NCBI GenBank assembly: GCA_965219415.1
Contig: CBDCNP010000002.1
Location: 1,728,001-1,792,000, forward strand
Source of the DNA: Candidatus Marinacidobacterales bacterium
GTDB taxonomy: Bacteria > Acidobacteriota > Vicinamibacteria > Marinacidobacterales > DATDRI01
Length of the DNA: 64,000 nucleotides
Direction: 5' to 3'
Below the pieces are notes generated by a model, which saw nothing but the letters and a program-made list of their open reading frames with translations, ran no database searches and was not told where the DNA came from. Positions 51,110 to 61,087 of the stretch are shown here, piece after piece. The position numbers and the translations under genes are program-made. Positions within the stretch are counted from its first letter, which is position 1, and each line of letters opens with the position of its first letter.

Positions 51110-52720
51110 TCATTCGACGAAGGTCACTTTGTTGATCTCCCGGAGAGTCGTGATCCCGGCGAATGCTTTCTCGAGCGCATTCTCGCGAAGTAGCGTCATC
51201 CCTTCGGTGCGCACCGCCTGCTTCAACTCAGCGGCACTGCGCTGCTCTAGGATCAATTGACGTACATGGTCAGACAAATCCAACAACTCGCATATCGCGG
51301 TCCGTCCCCGGAAACCTGTGCCGGCGCATACACGACAACCAGTGCCTTCGTAGATCGGGCTGTCCCAGTAGGACGTCGGATCGAAACCCGACTCTTCGAG
51401 CAGGTCCTTTTCTGGCTGGACCTCGTTCTTGCAGGATGCACAAATCACCCGGACCAGCCGCTGCGCCATCACGCAGTTGAGAGCCGACACGAAATTGTAG
51501 GGCTCGACACCCATGTGGAGAAAACGCCCGATCACATCGAAAACATTGTTGGCATGAACGGTGGTGAATACCAAGTGTCCAGTTAGTGCGGCCTGCACCG
51601 CAATCTTCGCAGTTTCCGCGTCCCGCACTTCACCGACCATGATCTTGTCCGGATCGTGGCGAAGCAGAGAACGCAAGCCGCGCGCGAAGGTCAGTCCCTT
51701 TCGTTCATTGACCGGCACCTGCGTGATGTTCGCGATCTGGTACTCCACCGGATCCTCGATGGTTACGATCTTCTGCTCCGGGCTCGCGATCTCGGAAAGC
51801 GCGGCGTAGAGCGTGGTGGTCTTGCCGCTCCCGGTGGGACCGGTCACCAGGATCATGCCGTAGGGTTCGGTAATGTATTTTCTAAAACGCTTCAGCTCCA
51901 AAGGCGGTAGGCCGAGGACATCCAAACTGAGGTTCTTGAACTGCTCGCTGATGGATTCCTTATCCAAGAGCCGGATCACGGCGTCTTCGCCAAAGATACT
52001 AGGCATGATGGAAACTCTAAAATCAATGGTGCGTCCCCGAACCTTCATCTTGAAACGCCCATCTTGCGGTACCCGCTTTTCCGCAACATCGAGCTCCGCC
52101 ATCACTTTGACGCGAGAAATGATGGTTGAGCTATGGACGGAATCGAGAGACTCCATGGCGGAGTACAAAACGCCGTCTACTCGATACTTGAGTACGACCT
52201 CTCCATCTTTGGTCTCGATGTGAACGTCGCTTGCGCGACGCTCGACCGCGTTCAGGATGAGACTGTCGACGAGCTTGATGATGGGGCTCGTTTGTTCGGT
52301 CACTTGCTCGTCGAGTGCCGAGCCGCTCCTGGTGAGGTTATCCTCGTCGACCAGTTCCAGTTTCAGTTGCTCCGACGCTTCCTCCAGAAGGAAACTCGAG
52401 CTGGCGTTCCGCTCCAGTATGGCATCGAGCTGAGAGCGTGGGGCGACTTCGAGGGCGAGCGGACGACCCAAGGCTAGCTCGAGATCGTCGAGAAGCTGAT
52501 ACTTGTCGGGATTAGCGACCGCGACGGCGAGCGACTCTCGCCCATCCCGGAGAGGCAGGAATCGATAGCGAAGGATCAGATCCATCGATACCTGTTGCCA
52601 CAGAGCAACGTCCTCTTGGTAATTGGTGAGATCGACGAAGGGGTAGCCGTATCGGTCGGCGAGGCGGTGCGCCTCTTCTACATCCCGCTTCGCGTCCGCT
52701 GCGCCCTTGGCCATGGTCAA
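51110..52720 (-). CDS. GspE/PulE/PilB family secretion or pilus ATPase
   Basis: ASDVHIE, PQDGR, GPTGSGKTTT, TIEDPVE, DPDKIMVGEVRD, CxxC...CxxC. Confidence 0.93.
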   Translation of the reverse strand: MTMAKGAADAKRDVEEAHRLADRYGYPFVDLTNYQEDVALWQQVSMDLILRYRFLPLRDGRESLAVAVANPDKYQLLDDLELALGRPLALEVAPRSQLDAILERNASSSFLLEEASEQLKLELVDEDNLTRSGSALDEQVTEQTSPIIKLVDSLILNAVERRASDVHIETKDGEVVLKYRVDGVLYSAMESLDSVHSSTIISRVKVMAELDVAEKRVPQDGRFKMKVRGRTIDFRVSIMPSIFGEDAVIRLLDKESISEQFKNLSLDVLGLPPLELKRFRKYITEPYGMILVTGPTGSGKTTTLYAALSEIASPEQKIVTIEDPVEYQIANITQVPVNERKGLTFARGLRSLLRHDPDKIMVGEVRDAETAKIAVQAALTGHLVFTTVHANNVFDVIGRFLHMGVEPYNFVSALNCVMAQRLVRVICASCKNEVQPEKDLLEESGFDPTSYWDSPIYEGTGCRVCAGTGFRGRTAICELLDLSDHVRQLILEQRSAAELKQAVRTEGMTLLRENALEKAFAGITTLREINKVTFVE

Positions 52721-52815
52721 AACTGGACGTTACAACACAATGCTAGCGGCCCGGAGAGAGTCCGTCAAGGGTCGGCGGCCGAGCTCTCTCCGTAAACTAC
52801 TGAGAAAGAGATGTT

Positions 52816-52844
52816 TTGACATTTCGGGGGGGGCATGCGAGAAT
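52816..52844 (+). promoter_or_regulatory. Putative sigma70 promoter
   Basis: TTGACA-N17-GAGAAT with extended TG. Confidence 0.45.
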
Positions 52845-52912
52845 AGAGCCCACTTCTTGCCCGTGCGCATGTCCTCTCAGATATTAACCAGGTGGGTCTC
52901 TGACTCGAAGTC

Positions 52913-55523
52913 ATGAGCTTCCTTAAGAGCTTCTTGCCGGCGCCGATCGTCGATATCTTCGTACCGATCGCTCTTATTCTCCTAGCCGTCTACGTAATCA
53001 AGAACTACATCTACCCCTCGGTACGGGCCAAGCTCCAAGAATCAGGAGCCTGGGATCGGATCATTGATCGATTCGGGGCCGAGAAGTATCGTGAGATGCA
53101 ATTCAGTCGCGAGATCACGACCCTCAAGAAGCAGGGTGACCTGATGGGGGCGGCCCAACTCTACGAAGATGCAGAGTGGTACGAAGAGGTCATAGAAACG
53201 TACCAGGAAGCCGAAGAATACACTGCCGCTGGAGCCTTGTACGAAAAGCTCGAGCACTATGAGCACGCTGCGGAAATGTATCGGTGAGCGGACGACTGGA
53301 AGCGCGCCGCTAATACACTGGTTTCGGCCGGACATGGCGAAAAGGCCGCGGAAATCTATGAACAAAACGGGCAGAAGATCGACGCCGCAAAGCTCTACTA
53401 CGACGCCGGAGTATTCGACCGAGCCGCCGAGCTCTACGAGCAAGTCTCCTACCACCCTCAGGCCGCCCAGGCCTTCGAAAAGTTGGGGAAACACCTGAAG
53501 GCGGCCGAGAACTACGAGAAACACTGGCTAGCCACTAGCTCTTTCGGAGGCGGCGGCCTCATCTCGTCCGGTTCCGATCGGGAGGCCAAGGTCGCCCTAG
53601 TCGCAGGGCGGCTGTACGAAAAGTGCGAGGAGCTGGAGAAAGCGGCTAGCATTTACCAACGCGCCCGCCTGACAAAGAAAGCGGCCGAGCTCGCGGCTCG
53701 CCTGGGCAACTTCGACCAAGCCGGAGGAGATGCTCCTCAAGGAAGAGGAGCTGGAGAAGGCCGCGGCGATGTTCCAGAAAGCGGGCCAGACAGAAAGGGC
53801 GGCGGCAATCAGAGGCGAGGTTGCGTTCCGACAAGGCGATGCAGCGAAGGCGGCCGAGGAATTCCTGCAGGGCGGGGACAACCTGCGGGCGGCCGAGCTC
53901 TTCGAGTCGGTGGGCGATCTGACGTCCGCTGCGAAGTGCTATGAGCAGAGCGAATCGCTTCTCCAGGCGGCGAACGTCTACCTCCGTGCAGAAAAGAAAC
54001 AAGAAGCCGCTACGATGTTCGAACGTGGCGGCGACGCGTTGATGGCGGCCAAACTGTACTCCGAAGTTGGAGAAGAGAGTAAGGCGTCCGAGCTCTTCGA
54101 AAAGGGAGGGCGTTTCTTCGAGGCGGGCAGGTTGGCTCATCGCCTGGGTGAAGGGGAACGGGCAATCCAGCTATTTCAGCGAATCGAGCCGTCGGATGAG
54201 AACTACGAGACCGCGACGGTTCTGCTCGCGCGACTCTTCCTCGACAAGAACATGGTCTCCCTCGCCCAAGAGAAGCTCCAGCGGGTGTTGCGCGATCGGC
54301 CGATCGGACCGCAGACACTGGAACATTACTATTGTCTCGGGCTGGTTTATGAAAAGCTCGGCAAGCACGACGAAGCGATCGAGACCTTCCGCAAGGTGAT
54401 GGCAGAACGGTACGGGTTCGAGGATGTGGAAGAAAGGATTGCTCGTTTGAGCGATCCGGCGGCCGCGGCGCGACAGTCTGAGCAGGCTCAACAGGCTCCG
54501 GCGCCTGCCATTCCACCCACCCCGGTTGCCTCCCCGGCCGCGACGCCAGAACCTGTGGCGCCGCCACCTGCGGTGGGCGCACATCAGGCGGCCGGTGCCC
54601 CCGCAAAACCGGCACGGCGCGCTGCGCCACCGCGTCCGACCACCGCCCCGAGTCGGCCGGCCCCAACTGCTCCGCCTACCGGGGCGGCACCCAATCCATC
54701 GACGGCGGCCAAGCCAGCTGCAGCTGCGAGCCGACCGACCTCATCTACCGCTCCAAGCGCTGCGCCGGCTCCTCCTTTCAAATTGCTCGAAGAACTCGGC
54801 CGCGGTCTCTTGGGCGGCACGTTCAAAGCCGTCGATACTCGGAACGGCCGACCGGTGGTGGTCAAGTTTTTGAAGAAAGACCTCCTCCAGGACAAAGAGA
54901 TCGTCAAACGCTTCTTGGCGGAAGCGAAAATTGCCCGCAGCTTCGACCATCCCAACTTGGTTCGCCTGCTTGGATTGACCGAGATGCGCGGACAAAAGAC
55001 CGTCATCATGGAGTTCGTTGAGGGGCGCAGCCTGGCGACGATCTTGACAGGCGAACGACGCCTGAACGTCAGGCAGGCGATCGATCTCCTCACCAACCTG
55101 TGCGTTGCCCTGGCCTACGCGCATCAACGGCAGGTTCTACATCAGGACCTGAAGTTGACCGATGTACTGGTCGCCAAGGGCGGCAAATTACGCCTATCCG
55201 GTGTCGGCTTGGGCGCCCTCCGTACGCCGGCGCTCGGCAAAGGAGATGGATATGCGCCTCCGGAGTTCCTCGCCGGCAACCGTGCCGACGCGAGAACCGA
55301 CATCTACTCGCTGGGCGGTCTGCTCTTCCACGGAATGACTGGGCTCCACCCTGCCAGTCCTCGAGCGGCAGCCAACGGTGCTCCCCCTACCCTTCAGAAG
55401 CTGGTGCCTGGAATCCCTGCGGCGCTGGACCAGATCATCGCCCGATGTCTGGCCGAAGAGCCGAATGGGCGTTTCCGCAACGTTGCCGAGCTACTGGCCG
55501 CAACGTACGCGGTCAAGACCTGA
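52913..55523 (+). pseudogene. Membrane-anchored helical-repeat (SNAP/TPR-like) protein with C-terminal Ser/Thr kinase-like domain; in-frame TGA 53285-53287 and frameshift ~53725
   Basis: AA.LYE.AG-type repeats continue through the TGA and across the frameshift; Pro/Ala linker; kinase fold VVVK, HPNLV, MEFVEG, HQDLK, DIYSLG. Confidence 0.78.
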
Positions 55524-55525
55524 AA

Positions 55526-56179
55526 GTGCACTGCTGGTATTGCGGCAAAGTTAAAGGCAAGCGGTCCTGCCCCGCTCACGGAGGCGACGGCATTTGCTCG
55601 CGCTGCTGTGGCACCAAGCGGAGAGTGGAGATCGATTGTCCGACGGACTGCCCCTACCTCCATGGTGAGCACGATCCGCGATGGGAGCACCCCGGCAGAC
55701 AAATGGACGATATGCGTTTCCTCTCCAATTTCGCCGGTCTCCCGCGAGAGCGGGTCCCCCTTTTGATCTTCATTCACTCTCTGTTGGTTCGAGCACGGCG
55801 CGATGTAGTGGCCGAGCTCAGTGACGCAGAGCTCGAGGTGGTCGTTTCCACGCTGGCGCGCACGTTCGGTACGCTCTCCAAAGGCGTCGTTTACGAGCAC
55901 AAGAGCGAGGACCTTCGACTTCAAGCGGCTATCACGAGAATTGGGGAAACTCTGGCTCGGCGTCAAGAGTTGCCAGGTGCACCTCCGTCTTCCGACGCCG
56001 ATGTGCTCGCAGTACTGGAGACCATTCAATCGGCGATCGGAACCCATCAAAAACAGGCCGCGAGTCAGAAGAGCTATCTGGACTCCGCCGAAAGAGTTTT
56101 TCGAGGAGCGCTAGCGAAACTCCCCGAACCCGACGCTCCAGGCCAACCGGAGGGTGGACGGCTCATCGTCGAACCCTAG
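55526..56179 (+). CDS. Hypothetical protein with Cys-rich (zinc-binding) N-terminus
   Basis: CWYC..KRSCPA..ICSRCCG..IDCPTDCPYL; GTG 2 nt after the upstream stop. Confidence 0.7.
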   Translation: MHCWYCGKVKGKRSCPAHGGDGICSRCCGTKRRVEIDCPTDCPYLHGEHDPRWEHPGRQMDDMRFLSNFAGLPRERVPLLIFIHSLLVRARRDVVAELSDAELEVVVSTLARTFGTLSKGVVYEHKSEDLRLQAAITRIGETLARRQELPGAPPSSDADVLAVLETIQSAIGTHQKQAASQKSYLDSAERVFRGALAKLPEPDAPGQPEGGRLIVEP

Positions 56180-56281
56180 CACGACATAACGTCTGCCCGC
56201 CTCACCTCATCGACGCCGTAGACTCAAGGGGAGGCCTGCCGATGCTATGCTATGGTGGGTTTCTGAAGACGAGCGATCATT

Positions 56282-57307
56282 TTGGCCAAACGCCCGCAGG
56301 CTGCCGTCCTTGGCGATATCAACCGTGATCTTTTCGTACGGCTCCGCTCGTTTCCAAAGCCCGGGCGGGACAACCCCGCCGAAGGCAGCACCTGGGCCCT
56401 CGGAGGGTCGGCCGCCAATACGGCCGTTGTCTTGGCACGCCTTCGCGTTCCCACTGGCGTCATTGGGCGAATCGGCAAGGACCCCGAAGGTCAAGCGCTT
56501 CTCAAAGAATTGACCCGTGCGGGCGTCGGTACCGGCGGGGTTCAAAAAGACGCGGCCCGTCCGACAGGCATCTGCGTCATACCCGTGGTCGCAAACGGTG
56601 AGCGCACTTTGATTGGCGTCCGCGGCGCAAACATGGCGCTCGAGCGCCAAGGAATCGTTGAAGCCATCGACGGCATCCGGCACCTCCATGTCTCCGGCTA
56701 CGCGTTGATCGAACAGGAGTCGCGCCGGGCGGCGATGCTTGCCCTCGAAACGGCACGAAAGCGAGGAGCGACGACGTCGCTCGACTTCGGCTGGGAGCCG
56801 GCGGTCGGCGCATCGGACGTGCTCCGCCGCGCCTTGCGGCACGTCGACCTGGCGTTACCGAGTGCCCGGGAGCTCAGGCTCGCATTCGATGAGCGACGAT
56901 TGAGTCGCGCCGCGAGCAAGGCCCGTGAACTTGGAGTCGATCAGGTAGCGGTGACGCTCGGTGCCGGCGGCTGCCGGGTCTATACCAATCAATCTATTTT
57001 TAGAGTACCGCATTTCGAGTCGAGAGCCATCAACACCTGCGGCGCGGGCGACGCCTTCAACGCCGGCTATATCCTTGGCATGCTCTCGGGTGTAAGTTCG
57101 GAGGCTTGCGCGATCTTGGGAAACGCCGCTGGTGCCGCGGTGGTTGGCTCGGAATCGTCCCACCAGGCCGCCACGCGAGCCGAGCTCGTCAAGATCATTC
57201 AGCGCGAGAAGAGTAGCCCTAGGCTCCAGCGCTTCGATCTGGCGGTTCGCGATACCATTGAGCTTCTATCGAGAAGAGCTAAGAGGAAAAGGAGGCCGCC
57301 CCGATGA
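56282..57307 (+). CDS. PfkB family carbohydrate kinase
   Basis: GGSAANTA, GRIGKD, TLGAGG, NTCGAGDAFNAG. Confidence 0.88.
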   Translation: MAKRPQAAVLGDINRDLFVRLRSFPKPGRDNPAEGSTWALGGSAANTAVVLARLRVPTGVIGRIGKDPEGQALLKELTRAGVGTGGVQKDAARPTGICVIPVVANGERTLIGVRGANMALERQGIVEAIDGIRHLHVSGYALIEQESRRAAMLALETARKRGATTSLDFGWEPAVGASDVLRRALRHVDLALPSARELRLAFDERRLSRAASKARELGVDQVAVTLGAGGCRVYTNQSIFRVPHFESRAINTCGAGDAFNAGYILGMLSGVSSEACAILGNAAGAAVVGSESSHQAATRAELVKIIQREKSSPRLQRFDLAVRDTIELLSRRAKRKRRPPR

Positions 57308-58173
57308 CTCCGGAGTGGAAAAAGAAACAAGACGCCCTTCGCCTGACCAACCTGAGCGGAATGTTCGGCGTCGAAAAACCCGTCATCGCCATGGTGCACT
57401 TGCCCCCCCTGCCCGGCGCTCCCAACTACCACGGCCAGGGCATCGAACCGATTATCGAATGGGCGCTTCGAGATGTGGAGATCTACCAACAAGCTGGTGT
57501 CGACGGACTCATCGTGGAGAATATGTGGGACCATCCGTTCTTCGTGGGCAAAGGAGTGCCGCCCGAAGAGATGACCGCCCAGGCGGTAGCGGCACGCGAG
57601 GTCGTGAAGGCCGCCAAAGTTCCCACCGGGATCAACGTAATCCACAACGGCGGAGAAGTTACGCTGTCCATCGCGGTAGCCTCCGGCGCAAGCTTCGTCC
57701 GCATCTGCATCCTGACCGGCGCTAGGCTTTGGGATACCGGAGAGCTCGACCACGGGTGTGCGGCCCGACTGCTCCGGCATCGGAAGCATCTCCATGCCGA
57801 GCACATCAAGATATTCGCAGACGTCGACAAGAAACATTCGGTTCCCTTCCCCGGTATGGATCTCGAGACCCATATCGAATGGACCAACTTTTACCTAGCC
57901 GACGCACTCATCGTATCGGGGCGAATGACCGGTGACGCGCCGGCACTCGACAAGGTGCGACGAGCGAAAGAGCTCTCGAGGGAGAGGCCCATTCTCATGG
58001 GGTCGGGGACTTCCGCCGACAACATCGCGGACTTCCTTCGGTACGCCGACGGAACGATCGTCGGGACGAGCATGAAAGTCGATGGCCAGGGCGAGAATTC
58101 GGTCGATCCTAAGAAGGTCGCTGATTATATGGAATCGGTCGAACAAGCCAGAGCTAGCCTTCGCGTCCCCTGA
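57304..58173 (+). CDS. BtpA/SgcQ family protein
   Basis: MVHLPPLPGAP, IVENMWDHP, ADVDKKH, ADALIVSG..TG, GSG; ATGA overlap with pfkB. Confidence 0.88.
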   Translation: MTPEWKKKQDALRLTNLSGMFGVEKPVIAMVHLPPLPGAPNYHGQGIEPIIEWALRDVEIYQQAGVDGLIVENMWDHPFFVGKGVPPEEMTAQAVAAREVVKAAKVPTGINVIHNGGEVTLSIAVASGASFVRICILTGARLWDTGELDHGCAARLLRHRKHLHAEHIKIFADVDKKHSVPFPGMDLETHIEWTNFYLADALIVSGRMTGDAPALDKVRRAKELSRERPILMGSGTSADNIADFLRYADGTIVGTSMKVDGQGENSVDPKKVADYMESVEQARASLRVP

Positions 58174-58282
58174 ACCCTAAGCCGCAACGCCCTACTTGCC
58201 GCATTGGCGAGACTGAAATAACATGACTCGCCTGGTGGGGACTTACCCGCCGCACTTCTAAACTGAGGGAGCAAAAGACCTT

Positions 58283-61087
58283 ATGAGCGATTCGTCTATC
58301 CGCCGTCTTCTTTCTCCCATCCTTACCCTCCGTGAAGGAGAGGCCGCGACCGCGGTCATGATGTTCATCTACTCCTTTCTGGTGATGACCGCCTACAACA
58401 ACATCAAACCCTCCGCGACGGGAAAATTCATTGCCGATGTGGGGGCGGACAACCTGCCCTGGGTCATGTTGTTTGCCGGAGTCGGGATGGGCTTCATCAT
58501 GCAGTACTACAGCCGCCTGGTTGGCAAGGTCCCTCGACTTTGGGTACTCCCGGGGACTCAGATGGTGGTGGTGGGAACTTTGGTCGCGTTCTGGTTCTTG
58601 TTCCAGACCAGCTCCACTTTGGTATCGGTGGCCTTCTACTTCTGGGGCCGGTTACTGGTCGGGATCTTCCTCATCAGTCAGTTTTGGACCCTCGCCAATG
58701 ACATCTACGATCCTCGCCAGGCTAAGCGTATCTTTGGATTCATTGGCGGTGGCGCCAGCCTGGGCGGTATGACCGGCGCCGGACTCACCGCCTTGCTAGC
58801 GGAGAGCGTGGGGGCGGTGAATCTAATTCTCTTCAGCGCCGGTCTCTTGGTCGTCTGCTTCTTTCTGGTCATTCAGATACAGCGGCGCACCCAGCTCAGC
58901 GGGGATGACTCGGCTCAGCCCGCCAAGGAAACCGTGGGCGGCGGCGAAGCCTTATCGATGCTCCGGCAGTCGAAGCATCTGCGGCTTATCTCCCTGGTAA
59001 TCGGCTTCGCAGCACTGGGCGCGGTAACCATCGAGCAACAGCTCAACATGGCCGCCGAACAGTTCGTACAGAGTGAAGACGGTATCGTCGGCTTCTTGGG
59101 ACAGATCACCTTCTACCTTTCAGCGATTAGCTTCGTCATACAGATCTATTTCACGAGCCGGATTCACCGAATCCTGGGGATTGGCTTCGCCTTGATGGTG
59201 TTGCCGGTGAGCCTGGGTGCCACCGCCCTTCTGATCTTGTTTAACCCAGTTCTGTTGTCAACGATGGTGGCCCGCATCACCGACACCTCCCTGCGTTACA
59301 GCCTGGACAAGACGACTCGTGAGGTTCTCTTTCAACCCCTCCCCAAAGAGCTCAAGCTGAAGGCCAAATCCTTTGTAGATGTCACTGCCGACCGGTTCAT
59401 CGGAAAGGGGATCGGCTCGGTGCTGCTTCTGATCTTGCTCAAAGTCGTCGGTGTTAGCTGGGTTCAGCTCAGCTTCCTCAGCTTGACCTACTGTGTCCTG
59501 TGGCTTTTCCTGGCACGTCGAGCCAAGACGGAGTATGTCGCGAGCTTCCGCCGCAGTATCGAGCACTTGGAGCTCGAGCCGGCGGCCATGAGGCCTCAGC
59601 TCAGCGACGCCGCCACAGTGGAGACCCTGGTCGAAGAACTCGGCAGTTCCGAGGAGCACCGAGTTCTCTACGCGATCGATCTGCTCGACTCTCTAGACAA
59701 GCGAAACCTCGTCACTCCGCTCCTACTCCATCATGCCTCCCCCGCGGTGCGGGCGCGCACCCTGAACGCAATGGAGTCGGCGCGGCCCGACCTGATGGAG
59801 CGTTGGGTTCCTGCCGTTGAACTAGCGCTGAAGGATGAGAGCCCCGACGTGCGAGCGGCGGCGGTGTCCGCCCTGGCCGCTATCCGGAGTGAGAAGATCA
59901 CCGAACTGATGCGGCCGTATTTAGACGACCCCGATCCTCGCATCGTCGCCGCCTCCGCGGTGGCGCTGGGAGGAAGCGAGCGGAGCGAGGACGTGGACTC
60001 CGCGGAGGCTGCGCTGAGAAGACTCGCGTCCGACCCGCGCGACGCGGCGGCCGAGGGCCGCCGCCAGGTTGCCCGCGCGGTAGCGCAGATCAAAGATCCG
60101 ATGTTCCAGAGCCTGCTGATCCCGCTGATGTACGATGCAAATATCGACGTCGCCAAAGAAGCGATAGAGAGCGTGAGTCGTCTCGGCGCCTCGGACTACA
60201 TGTTCGTGCCTTCTTTGGTGTCGCTTCTCCGCCATCGGCAACTCAAGAACAGCGCCCGGCAGGTACTGGTCAGCTACGGAGAGGGCATGCTCGACACCCT
60301 CGCCTATTTCTTGAACGATCCCGATGAGAACCCGTGGGTCCGGCGTCACATCCCGGGCACCCTGGCACTCATTCCATCGCAGAAATCGATCGACATCCTT
60401 CTCAAGGCCCTCGAAGACGACGACGGCTTCATTCGCTACAAGACGGTGACCGCTCTAGGGAGGCTGCGCCGGGAGCATCCCGAGCTGACGATCGATCCCG
60501 AACCGGTGGAGAAACTCGCCCTTCGAGACGCCCTTCGCTACTATCGTTACTTCGGAGTCCACTACGATCTCTTCGAGAAAGAGGGGTTGTCCACGGATTC
60601 GCTCATCGGTCGAGCCGTCGAGGAGAAGATGCGACGGGCGTTGGACCGTATCTACGGGCTCTTGGGACTGATTTACCCGTGGAAAGACGTGGTGGCGGCG
60701 CGCTGGACGATTCAACATGGAGAAGGCCGTTCCCGTGCGAGCGCCACCGAGTTCCTCGATAACCTGCTGAGCCGGGACCTCAGGAAGCGACTCATGCCCA
60801 TCATCGAAGAGATGCCTCTCGAGGAGAAAGTTCGTAAGGGCAATGTCTTCTTGAAGACCCGGGTCCGGAGTGCAGTAGAAACACTAACCCGACTCATCTA
60901 CGACGATGATCCGGTAGTGGCTGCCACTGCGATCGATCTGGTTCGAGAACGAAAGCTTTGGTCGCTCGCGGACGACATCGAGGAAGTCCTGGCCTTTCGC
61001 GACGTCAAGGATTTCGTAGTTTTCGAAGCGGCCTCTTTCGCCCTGGCCGCCCATCGGTTAGGAAAGGAGAGGCCCCATGCAGTTTGA
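58283..61087 (+). CDS. Npt1/Npt2 (NTT, ATP/ADP translocase-like) transporter fused to HEAT repeats
   Basis: About 12 TM helices; QFWTLANDIY..RQAKRIF, YSLDKTTREVLF.PLP..K.KAK..VD; HEAT repeats (D.SP.VRAAAV.AL). Confidence 0.85.
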   Translation: MSDSSIRRLLSPILTLREGEAATAVMMFIYSFLVMTAYNNIKPSATGKFIADVGADNLPWVMLFAGVGMGFIMQYYSRLVGKVPRLWVLPGTQMVVVGTLVAFWFLFQTSSTLVSVAFYFWGRLLVGIFLISQFWTLANDIYDPRQAKRIFGFIGGGASLGGMTGAGLTALLAESVGAVNLILFSAGLLVVCFFLVIQIQRRTQLSGDDSAQPAKETVGGGEALSMLRQSKHLRLISLVIGFAALGAVTIEQQLNMAAEQFVQSEDGIVGFLGQITFYLSAISFVIQIYFTSRIHRILGIGFALMVLPVSLGATALLILFNPVLLSTMVARITDTSLRYSLDKTTREVLFQPLPKELKLKAKSFVDVTADRFIGKGIGSVLLLILLKVVGVSWVQLSFLSLTYCVLWLFLARRAKTEYVASFRRSIEHLELEPAAMRPQLSDAATVETLVEELGSSEEHRVLYAIDLLDSLDKRNLVTPLLLHHASPAVRARTLNAMESARPDLMERWVPAVELALKDESPDVRAAAVSALAAIRSEKITELMRPYLDDPDPRIVAASAVALGGSERSEDVDSAEAALRRLASDPRDAAAEGRRQVARAVAQIKDPMFQSLLIPLMYDANIDVAKEAIESVSRLGASDYMFVPSLVSLLRHRQLKNSARQVLVSYGEGMLDTLAYFLNDPDENPWVRRHIPGTLALIPSQKSIDILLKALEDDDGFIRYKTVTALGRLRREHPELTIDPEPVEKLALRDALRYYRYFGVHYDLFEKEGLSTDSLIGRAVEEKMRRALDRIYGLLGLIYPWKDVVAARWTIQHGEGRSRASATEFLDNLLSRDLRKRLMPIIEEMPLEEKVRKGNVFLKTRVRSAVETLTRLIYDDDPVVAATAIDLVRERKLWSLADDIEEVLAFRDVKDFVVFEAASFALAAHRLGKERPHAV

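Noticed and set aside
23032-53287. In-frame TGA codons at 23032 and 53285 as evidence for TGA recoding (Trp/Gly/Sec)
   Set aside because: TGA ends many genes at their canonical C-termini (pdxS RGW-TGA, nuoA LEWD-TGA). Both affected genes also carry frameshifts, and each TGA is one change from TGG or CGA.
58174-58282. Two small hairpins upstream of the NTT gene as a riboswitch
   Set aside because: No match to aptamer consensus sequences I can recognise and no expression platform visible
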